Shown here in pieces: positions 36,838-44,312 of a DNA stretch of 64,000 bases (within the stretch, counting starts at the first letter, position 1; each line of letters begins with the position of its first letter). The notes under the pieces were generated by a model. That model was not told the DNA's origin and did not search any database. It saw only the letters and a program-made list of their open reading frames with translations. The position numbers and the translations under genes were made by a program. Source of the DNA: Clostridiales bacterium Firm_07 (GTDB taxonomy: Bacteria; Bacillota; Clostridia; Oscillospirales; CAG-272); NCBI GenBank assembly GCA_001604005.1, contig LVAM01000010.1, positions 273,079 to 337,078 on the forward strand. Direction: 5' to 3'.

Positions 36838-37134
36838 ATGACCATCAACAAAACGAAAAACGGAACCGAGCTTTTACTTGCCCTTGAAGGACGGCTGGAC
36901 ACGCTGACCGCGCCGGATTTGGAAAAAGAGCTCAAAACGTCTCTTGACGAAGTGACTTCGCTGACACTGGATCTTGATAAGTTGGAATACATTTCTTCCG
37001 CGGGTCTTCGCGTACTGCTTTCCGCGCAGAAAACGATGAGTATGCAAGGGGAAATGAAAGTTTGCCACGTGAACGAAACCGTGATGGAAATTTTCGAGGT
37101 CACGGGATTTTCGGATATTTTGAACATTGCGTAA
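36838..37134 (+). CDS. STAS-domain protein (anti-sigma-factor antagonist family), paralog 1
   Basis: It is 98 aa and SpoIIAA/RsbV-like: LEGRLDTLTAP...LDLDKLEYISSAGLRVLL, with a Ser in the phosphorylatable position. Confidence 0.9.
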   Translation: MTINKTKNGTELLLALEGRLDTLTAPDLEKELKTSLDEVTSLTLDLDKLEYISSAGLRVLLSAQKTMSMQGEMKVCHVNETVMEIFEVTGFSDILNIA

Positions 37135-37166
37135 ATCGACACAATATTTTTGAAAGAGAGGATCTT

Positions 37167-37775
37167 ATGATGAAATCAGCAATCATTACCGTAACCAGCG
37201 AAGGAAGCGGCTTCAACGAAGCCCTGATGATGACCGAAGCGCTTGGGACCGAACGCGGACTTGCAAGAAAAAGCCTTTTGCACCTGCGTTTGCTTTCGGA
37301 AGAACTCTTCGGTTTGCTGCGCGGCATTGCCGGCAAGGTGGAGGCAAGTTATTGGCTTGAAGTCGAAGAAAAGCGTTTTGAGCTCCATATGAAATCGGAC
37401 GTCAAACTGACCACGGAAATGCGGGATCAGTTCCTTGCCGCTTCTTCCAGCGGCAAAAACGAGGCGTCGAAAAGTTTTATGGGTAAGATCCGCGTGATGA
37501 TCGCCAACGTGTTGCTCTCCGCGAAAGAAGCGTTGCCTTACGCGCTCATCAATACCGCCGCCGCATATCCGATGGGCGGAATGGCAGGAGAGAGCGCCTC
37601 CGTCTGGTCAATGGCGTTTTACAAAGAAGAGATCCAAAAGCACATCAAAGACAGCGCGGAAGCGTCGGAGGCGTGGGACGAACTGGAAAAATCCATCGTC
37701 GCCAACATCGCCGACGACGTCAAGGTCAAGATCGCGGGCAAAAACGTCGAAATCACCGTGTGCAAAGCGTTTTGA
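37167..37775 (+). CDS. Hypothetical 202-aa protein, possibly a degenerate SpoIIAB/RsbW-like GHKL fold
   Basis: The ATG at 37167 follows the RBS agagagg; the track start at 37062 lies inside the STAS gene. It has no TM segment and no N, G1 or G2 ATP-binding boxes. LRLLSEELFGLLRGI and the C-terminal DDVKVKIAGKNVEITVCKAF resemble the first helix and last strands of anti-sigma kinases, from memory only. Confidence 0.55.
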   Translation: MMKSAIITVTSEGSGFNEALMMTEALGTERGLARKSLLHLRLLSEELFGLLRGIAGKVEASYWLEVEEKRFELHMKSDVKLTTEMRDQFLAASSSGKNEASKSFMGKIRVMIANVLLSAKEALPYALINTAAAYPMGGMAGESASVWSMAFYKEEIQKHIKDSAEASEAWDELEKSIVANIADDVKVKIAGKNVEITVCKAF

Positions 37776-37811
37776 GCGCATTGAACATCACTTTTTCAAA
37801 GGAGAGTCATT

Positions 37812-38108
37812 ATGACCATCAACAAAACGAAAAACGGAAATGAGCTTCTGCTTTCTCTTGAAGGACGGCTGGACACGCTGACCGCGCCGGAACTGGAAAA
37901 AGAATTCGGAGCGTCTCTTGCCGGCGTCACTTCGCTGGTATTGGATTTTGAAAAATTGGAGTACATCTCTTCCGCGGGTCTGCGCGTGCTGCTTTCCGCG
38001 CAGAAAGTGATGAACGCGCAAGGGCAAATGAAAGTTTGCCACGTAAACGAAACCGTGATGGAAATTTTCGAGGTCACGGGTTTTTCCGACATTCTGACCA
38101 TCGAATAA
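37812..38108 (+). CDS. STAS-domain protein, paralog 2
   Basis: It is 98 aa, with 81/98 residues identical to paralog 1 by hand alignment. It has the same EYISSAGLRVLL motif. Confidence 0.9.
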   Translation: MTINKTKNGNELLLSLEGRLDTLTAPELEKEFGASLAGVTSLVLDFEKLEYISSAGLRVLLSAQKVMNAQGQMKVCHVNETVMEIFEVTGFSDILTIE

Positions 38109-38119
38109 GGGAACGACCG

Positions 38120-39589
38120 ATGAAAGAAAAACTGCGTTCCCTCTTTTATAAACTGCGCGTTCGGCTCACCGCGGACGAAATGTTCCACGAGACGGAGGTG
38201 CAGGCAAACCGACTGGGCGCGCTGATCCTTTTGTGCAGCGGCATCATTCTCGTGCTGATCCTCGCACTGACCGCGATGGGCGTGTTTCTTCTGCCGCTCA
38301 GTTCGGTTTTTTCGCCCACGATCCAAGCGATCGTGGAGATCATCATACTGCTGATCGTCTGCCACGCCGTGAAATGCGACGCCTGGTGGTTAAAGCACCT
38401 TTTGATGATCGGTCTTGTGTTCGTATATGCGCGTCTGGATTGTATGTTGACGCACAAAGCGGCGATCTTAATGGTGTTGCCGGTGGTATTCAGCAGCCGC
38501 TATTTTTCGCGACGGCTGACGGTTTTTACGTCGATCCTTTCCACCGTGGTATTCTTCTTTTCCGCCGCGTGGGGCGCCACGCACGGTCTCATCAACCTCA
38601 ACATCGTCACCTTCCCCGCCGGCACGGTGATGATCGCGACGGGCGGCTTTTTGGGTGAGGCGATCCAAAACGCGGGGGCAAGCGATAAAATGCTTGTGAC
38701 CAACACCCTGATTTTCGATTATCTGCCCAAGTGGTTGATGTTTTCCATCACGTCGATCATCAGTTGCAACATCGCGCGCCGCGGACGGGAAATGGTGGTC
38801 ACACAGCACGATAAGGACGTCAAGAGCGCCCGTATCGAATCCGAACTGAATCTTGCCACCCGCATTCAAGCGGATATGCTCCCCAACATCTACCCTGCCT
38901 TTCCGGATCGAAAAGAGTTTGACATCTATGCCACGATGGATCCGGCAAAAGAGGTCGGCGGCGATTTTTACGACTTTTTCCTGATTGACCCCGATCATCT
39001 CTGTATGGTGATGGCGGACGTGTCGGGCAAGGGTGTTCCCGCGGCGCTCTTTATGATGGCTTCCAAGATCATTCTTGCCAACAATGCGATGATGGGCAAG
39101 AGCCCCGCGCAGATCCTTTCCGATACCAACGCCGCGATCTGTTCCAACAACCGCGAGGAGATGTTCGTCACGGTGTGGCTGGGCATATTGGAAATCTCCA
39201 CGGGCAAATTGACCGCCGCCAACGCCGGGCACGAATATCCCGTTATCAAGCGTTCCGACGGCGGGTTTGAACTCTTCAAAGACAAGCACGGTTTTGTGAT
39301 CGGCGGTATGAGCGGCGTCCGATACAAGGAATACGAACTGACGCTGACACCGGGATCCAAAATCTTTGTCTACACCGACGGCGTGCCCGAGGCCACCGAT
39401 TCCGCGGGCAGTATGTTCGGCACCGACGCTATGTTGGCGGCGCTGAACAAAGATCCCGCGGCGGAACCGGAACGAATACTCAAAAACGTGCGGGGCGCCG
39501 TTGACGAGTTTGTCAAACAAGCGGAGCAATTTGACGATCTGACGATGCTTTGTATGGAATATAAGGCACTTTCCGATACGGAGCAATAA
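38120..39589 (+). CDS. Membrane-anchored PP2C-family (SpoIIE/RsbU-type) serine phosphatase
   Basis: The N-terminal roughly 240 aa carries about 6-7 hydrophobic segments. The C-terminal PPM domain has the motifs VGGDFYDF, VMADVSGKGVPAAL, VYTDGVPEA and FDDLTMLCMEY. The ATG is at 38120. Confidence 0.85.
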   Translation: MKEKLRSLFYKLRVRLTADEMFHETEVQANRLGALILLCSGIILVLILALTAMGVFLLPLSSVFSPTIQAIVEIIILLIVCHAVKCDAWWLKHLLMIGLVFVYARLDCMLTHKAAILMVLPVVFSSRYFSRRLTVFTSILSTVVFFFSAAWGATHGLINLNIVTFPAGTVMIATGGFLGEAIQNAGASDKMLVTNTLIFDYLPKWLMFSITSIISCNIARRGREMVVTQHDKDVKSARIESELNLATRIQADMLPNIYPAFPDRKEFDIYATMDPAKEVGGDFYDFFLIDPDHLCMVMADVSGKGVPAALFMMASKIILANNAMMGKSPAQILSDTNAAICSNNREEMFVTVWLGILEISTGKLTAANAGHEYPVIKRSDGGFELFKDKHGFVIGGMSGVRYKEYELTLTPGSKIFVYTDGVPEATDSAGSMFGTDAMLAALNKDPAAEPERILKNVRGAVDEFVKQAEQFDDLTMLCMEYKALSDTEQ

Positions 39590-39605
39590 GATTTTTGAAT
39601 CGAAT

Positions 39606-39650
39606 GAAAAAACACGCCGCAAACCTTTCGGTTTGCGGCGTGTTTTGTTT
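39606..39650. terminator. Bidirectional intrinsic terminator closing the six-gene operon
   Basis: aaaaaACACGCCGCAAACC-tttc-GGTTTGCGGCGTGTtttgtttatttt. Confidence 0.85.
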
Positions 39651-41298
39651 ATTTTCCGCAATGCGCGGCGATCATCGCGTTGATCTTTTCACGGATCGCG
39701 ATATGCGCCTTGGCGCTTCTCGGATAGGTATAAAAATCCAAAACGCCTTCCTTGTGCAGGAAATCCAGCACTTTTTCTCTGCCGATGTATTTTTCAAGAG
39801 TTTTCAGCGCGCGATAATCGTACATCGCCTCGCCCAGCGCCTCGGCGCGGTTGGACATCAGGCACCCGCCTTTTGTGGGATACACGATGAAACTGTCGCC
39901 GCTGTAAAAGCCGCGCCCGCCGGCGGTCTCAAAATAAGGATCCAGTTCCCGCAGGGAGAAGAAAGTATTGTAAAAATTGAAACCCCAGTGAAGAAATCCG
40001 TCAACGCCCGCTTCGTAGAGCCCGAAACCGAGCACCCTGGTGCGTTGCAAGGGCATATCGAACATTCTGCCCGTGTAATACGCGTTGTTGGCACCGCAAT
40101 AATAGACAAATACGTTTTCGGGTTTTCGGCTCCGAAATTCCCTTTCGTACGCTTTGATGGAGGGGACGGGGATATCGACCACGCCCCGCTCGTAAAACGA
40201 ATAGTTACTCAACGCGTCAAGCGTGGGAAAATCGCCGATCAGACCTTTGACCAAATGATAAAGTTTGGTATAGGTTTCCAAATGATCCTCGTGCGGCTCG
40301 TCGGTCAGGTGGAAAAACACTCTTTTTGCCAAACCTTTTTCGGTCAAAAAGCGGCAGAGTTGCGGCAGGAGTGCGGTGAGGAACGCCGCATATTCCGGAC
40401 AAAGCGAAGAGGTTTCCCAACCGAAAATCCTCTTTTCTCCCTCGGGGGTCGAGGCGATGATCTTCGGACAAGCCTTGCCGCCCCATTGCGTAAAGAGGTG
40501 GCTCATCTCGAAATAGCGGATCCCGTGCGCTTCGGCAAAATCCAAAAAGCGGTCGAGTTTGGTAAAATCAAACGTATACGCGCCGTCCTCAAACCGGACG
40601 CCGATCAGTTGTGCCGTTCTGCGCTCCCCGCCGACATAGGTGTCCAGCGGAGGGGTGAAAAGCGGCGTATACAGCAGCGTGTTGCCGGAACGCAAAAAGG
40701 CATCGAGATAACCGGCGAAGACCTCGTAAAACGCGTCGCCGAAGAGTTCCACGTTGTGCTTTGCCTCGATGGCGTCATAGTGCATCCAGGTGGTGAAATA
40801 GAAATCGCTGTCCGCGATCTTTTCGGGGATCACCGTGAGCGCGTATTGCGCCTCGCCAACGTTTTGTCCCTCTTTGTCGAAAATCGTCAGTCGGATCTCG
40901 TGTTTGCCGGGCGCGACGTTGTCGGTATCGACCGTAAACCAGAGTGACTGCCATTTTTGCAAAGCGAAAATGAGATACCCCGTATCCACGGGACGGAGCA
41001 GTTCCGGATACATTCCTTTATCGACGCCGTAAGAATAATCGTCCACCTGCGGCGGCAGATTGTCGGCGGGCATACACAGTACTTCCCGAACGCGGAGTTT
41101 GTCGCCGAAATCGCTTTCGATTTTCAGCGTATATCCAAACACGTGTTGGAAGTTGTCCGCGGGATTATAAACGGCAAGTTGAAAATGCGCCGTTTCGCCC
41201 GACAGCACGGTTTTGGCGCTCTCCGTGCCCTGCGGCTCGGTCAGGGGAAAGACTTTTTCAAGCGAATGCAGTGTTTTCAGTGTCAGCATATTCGGCAT
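39649..41298 (-). CDS. DUF4091-like protein (putative glycoside hydrolase-like, function unknown)
   Basis: The N-terminal pattern LTLKTLHSLEKVFP...GETAHFQLAVYN and the overall size resemble the DUF4091 family from memory. The ATG at 41298 has better spacing from AAGGAGA than the one at 41304. Confidence 0.6.
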   Translation of the reverse strand: MPNMLTLKTLHSLEKVFPLTEPQGTESAKTVLSGETAHFQLAVYNPADNFQHVFGYTLKIESDFGDKLRVREVLCMPADNLPPQVDDYSYGVDKGMYPELLRPVDTGYLIFALQKWQSLWFTVDTDNVAPGKHEIRLTIFDKEGQNVGEAQYALTVIPEKIADSDFYFTTWMHYDAIEAKHNVELFGDAFYEVFAGYLDAFLRSGNTLLYTPLFTPPLDTYVGGERRTAQLIGVRFEDGAYTFDFTKLDRFLDFAEAHGIRYFEMSHLFTQWGGKACPKIIASTPEGEKRIFGWETSSLCPEYAAFLTALLPQLCRFLTEKGLAKRVFFHLTDEPHEDHLETYTKLYHLVKGLIGDFPTLDALSNYSFYERGVVDIPVPSIKAYEREFRSRKPENVFVYYCGANNAYYTGRMFDMPLQRTRVLGFGLYEAGVDGFLHWGFNFYNTFFSLRELDPYFETAGGRGFYSGDSFIVYPTKGGCLMSNRAEALGEAMYDYRALKTLEKYIGREKVLDFLHKEGVLDFYTYPRSAKAHIAIREKINAMIAAHCGK

Positions 41299-41325
41299 AA
41301 CCATTCTCCTTTGATATATGTAGTG

Positions 41326-41997
41326 TTAAAACGGCGAAAGTTCGTTTTCGTTCAACTTGGCGGCAAGCGCCGCGACGTCGGGGCACACTTCCCGCGCGCC
41401 TGCGGCAAAAAGCGCCTCGGCGCTCCGGAAACCGTAAGAAACGAAAATACCGTCCACGCCGGAAGCGGCGGCGGTGGCGACGTCCACTTCGGAATCCCCC
41501 ACGTACGCGGTGCGCGAAAGGGGAACGCAAAGCGTGCGGCAGATCTCAAAGACGCCGTCCGGCGCGGGCTTGACGGGAACGCCTTCGATCTGTCCCCGCG
41601 CAAGATCGAAAAGATCTCCGAAATATCGTTTTGCGAGAGAAATCACGGCACTGTCCTGTTTGTTGGAGAGCACGGCGGTCTTGACGCCGCGCGTGCGCAG
41701 GGCGTGAAGGAGGTCCGCCACACCGTTAAACGGGCGCGTTTTCTCGGCAGAGTGCGTGGCATAATAGGCAACATAAGCGTCAAACACGCGGGAAATCGTT
41801 TCCTTGTCGGTGCCCTTTTTCACCGCGCGCTCGATCAGTTTGTGCGGTCCGTTGCCGACAAAGCGGCAGATCGCCTCTTTCTCGTGCGTCGGCATTCCGA
41901 AAACCCGCAAAGTTTCGTTGACGGCGTCGGTCAGATCGTCCAGGGTGTCAAGCACCGTGCCGTCCATATCAAAGATCACAAGATCATATTTTCTCAT
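41326..41997 (-). CDS. HAD-IA hydrolase (phosphoglycolate phosphatase-like)
   Basis: Motif I VIFDMDGTVLDT and motif IV YVGDSEVD are present. ATGA overlaps the upstream Cof gene. Confidence 0.85.
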   Translation of the reverse strand: MRKYDLVIFDMDGTVLDTLDDLTDAVNETLRVFGMPTHEKEAICRFVGNGPHKLIERAVKKGTDKETISRVFDAYVAYYATHSAEKTRPFNGVADLLHALRTRGVKTAVLSNKQDSAVISLAKRYFGDLFDLARGQIEGVPVKPAPDGVFEICRTLCVPLSRTAYVGDSEVDVATAAASGVDGIFVSYGFRSAEALFAAGAREVCPDVAALAAKLNENELSPF

Positions 41998-42833
41998 TTG
42001 CGTTTCCTTTGAAGCGTCCCCGCCTCGATCGCTTCGATCACGTCGGCGATCACGCCGCCGTCGCAATCGCAAAACACGGCGTCGGCAGTCTCTTTAACGA
42101 TGGGCAAAGCGTTTTGCGGCGCCGCCGAAAGATCGGCTGCAGATAACATCGAGAGATCGTTTTCGTAATCGCCGCAAGCCACGATCTTGCGCGTCGGCAT
42201 ATCGAGATAGCGGCGAAGTTTTTGAAGACCGCTCCCTTTGGAGCCACCGGGCAGTTCGGCTTCCAACATATCCGATGACGAAGTTGTCTGCTCAACGGCG
42301 TCGCCGAAACGCTCGGCGATCACCTGCCGCAATGTGACAAGACGCGCGTGATCGGCGCGAAAAACCACCTTGTATAGGTCATCATAGCGCCATTTTTCGA
42401 TTGGCAGAGTCTCAATAGACCCCGCGTCATAGATCGTCACGTCCTCCACAAGACACCCGACGACCGCCGTCACGCGCAAAGAATACGGCGTGGACGCGCG
42501 AATCATAACATCGGGGAAATCCGTGACGACAAGAGACAGTAGTTCCCGCGCGACGTCGGCGGGCATAAACTCCTCCTCGAGTGCTTTGTTTTTTGAAAAA
42601 TCATAAAGATACGCGCCGTTGGAAAGCACGGCGGGCACGTTGCAAAGCGCGGCCGGCTCGCCGAGCGTTTTGCGCAGATTGAGGTGGACCCGCCCCGTAT
42701 TGAAGGTAAAAATACCGCCGCCCGCGACAAAGCGCCGCACCGCTTCTATATTGCGCGGAACGGGTTTTACGGCGCGCGAGAGAAAGGTGCCGTCAAGATC
42801 GGTCATCAGAATGTATTTGGAAAAATCGCTCAT
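41994..42833 (-). CDS. Cof-type HAD-IIB phosphatase
   Basis: Motif I LMTDLDGTFL and the C-terminal ACGDYENDLSML are present. Confidence 0.85.
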   Translation of the reverse strand: MSDFSKYILMTDLDGTFLSRAVKPVPRNIEAVRRFVAGGGIFTFNTGRVHLNLRKTLGEPAALCNVPAVLSNGAYLYDFSKNKALEEEFMPADVARELLSLVVTDFPDVMIRASTPYSLRVTAVVGCLVEDVTIYDAGSIETLPIEKWRYDDLYKVVFRADHARLVTLRQVIAERFGDAVEQTTSSSDMLEAELPGGSKGSGLQKLRRYLDMPTRKIVACGDYENDLSMLSAADLSAAPQNALPIVKETADAVFCDCDGGVIADVIEAIEAGTLQRKRK

Positions 42834-43774
42834 AGGTTTTCCTTTCGGAGCAAGGTCAAAATTTTTTCAAAATCAGGCGGTAACGGTGCGAAAAACGTCA
42901 TTTTTTCGCCGCTTGTCGGGTGCAGAAAAGAAAGCTCGCCGGCGTGCAGGCATTGCCCGTGAAAGAGCGCGCGGTGGCGCGCCTCAAACGCCGTGCCGTT
43001 TCCGCCGTACACGGGATCGCCAAGCAGCGGGTGCCCGAGAGAAGCGAGATGCACGCGGATCTGATGCGTGCGTCCGGTTTCAAGGCGGCAGGAAAGGTAC
43101 GTAAAGCGGGAAAAACGTTCCAGCACCGTATAGTGCGTCACCGCCTCTCTCCCCTCGCCCGCGCGCGCGATCGCCATTTTTTTGCGGTCTGTCGGGTGGC
43201 GGGCGATCGGTTTTGCGATCGTCCCCGCGTCGTCTTTAAGATTTCCGAGTGCCACGGCGCTGTATACCCGACTGACGGTGTGCGTTTTCAGTTGTTCCGA
43301 GAGGGAAAGATGCGCCTTATCGTTTTTGGCGACTACCAAAAGCCCGCTGGTGTCCTTGTCGATGCGGTGCACGATCCCCGGTCGCACCACGCCCCCGATG
43401 CCGGAAAGCGATGCGCCGCAATGGTAAAGCAGCGCGTTGACCAGCGTGCCGGACGTGTTCCCTGCGGCGGGGTGCACCACCATACCCGCGGGCTTATTGA
43501 TAACGGCAACGTCGTCGTCTTCAAACACGACGTCAAGCGGGATATTTTCGGGTTGCGCCGCGTCTTCTTCGGGCGGCGGCAGGAGCACTTCAATTTGCTC
43601 ATATCCCCGCAAGCGGTAGTTTTTTTCGGTGGTTTTTCCATCCACCGTGATCTTCCCCGCAAGGATCAATCGCTCCGCCGCGGCGCGGGAGAGTTCGCTG
43701 TTGTCGGAAAGGTATTTATCCAACCGCGCGCCCGCGTCCGATTCCTTTGCCGTAAACCGCAAAATCGTATCCAT
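42830..43774 (-). CDS. rluD: RluA-family 23S rRNA pseudouridine synthase (RluD-like)
   Basis: It has an N-terminal S4 domain (RLDKYL...SRAAAERLI) and the catalytic motif HRIDKDTSGLLVVAK. Confidence 0.9.
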   Translation of the reverse strand: MDTILRFTAKESDAGARLDKYLSDNSELSRAAAERLILAGKITVDGKTTEKNYRLRGYEQIEVLLPPPEEDAAQPENIPLDVVFEDDDVAVINKPAGMVVHPAAGNTSGTLVNALLYHCGASLSGIGGVVRPGIVHRIDKDTSGLLVVAKNDKAHLSLSEQLKTHTVSRVYSAVALGNLKDDAGTIAKPIARHPTDRKKMAIARAGEGREAVTHYTVLERFSRFTYLSCRLETGRTHQIRVHLASLGHPLLGDPVYGGNGTAFEARHRALFHGQCLHAGELSFLHPTSGEKMTFFAPLPPDFEKILTLLRKENL

Positions 43775-44253
43775 TATGCAATCTCTTTCGGCGTTTTGTC
43801 GCCGTCACCGATGTGCAAAATCAGGTCGATCGCAAAGAGGATCGCCCCCACGCACACCGCCGCGTCCGCGATATTGAACACCCACACCCAAACGGGGATA
43901 AAGCAAAAATCAATAAAATCCACGACGAAACCGCGCGCGATGCGGTCGATCATATTGCCGACGCCGCCGCCGATCACCAGCGCGAGCGCAATGCGGGAAA
44001 GGCGCGTTTCGGCAAAGCGGAAAAGATAATACCCCACCGCGCCGATCCCGACGACGGAAAGGACGAGAAAGACCCAACGGTGGTTTGCAAGAAGCCCGAA
44101 AGCCATTCCCTCGTTTTCCACGTAGGTAAAGTTCAGAACGCGCGGGATCAGCGCGATCGCGTCTCCATAGAGATATGCCGTGATCAGCGCTTTGCTGATC
44201 TGATCGACGGCGACGACGCCGAGCGCGATCAGGATCGGGATCCATATCCACAT
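43774..44253 (-). CDS. lspA: Lipoprotein signal peptidase II
   Basis: The motifs YVENEGMAFGL and FNIADAAVCVG are present, with four TM segments. The ATG at 44253 follows AAGGAGA. Confidence 0.9.
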   Translation of the reverse strand: MWIWIPILIALGVVAVDQISKALITAYLYGDAIALIPRVLNFTYVENEGMAFGLLANHRWVFLVLSVVGIGAVGYYLFRFAETRLSRIALALVIGGGVGNMIDRIARGFVVDFIDFCFIPVWVWVFNIADAAVCVGAILFAIDLILHIGDGDKTPKEIA

Positions 44254-44272
44254 AGGTATCTCCTTTCCGAAA

Positions 44273-44306
44273 GCGCGGCAAATGCCGAAAACGGCATTTG
44301 CCGCGC
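44273..44306 (-). terminator. GC-rich hairpin after ileS (probable terminator/attenuator, short U tract)
   Basis: On the minus strand: GCGCGGCAAAUGCCG-uuuu-CGGCAUUUGCCGCGC followed by UUUC only. Confidence 0.5.
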
Positions 44307-44312
44307 GATGCT

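Noticed and set aside
36813-38365. Minus-strand ORFs of 109 aa and 189 aa opposite the STAS genes. Their repeated sequences might suggest a second paralog pair.
   Set aside because: They are antisense images of the duplicated STAS genes. The similarity between them is a by-product of the plus-strand duplication.
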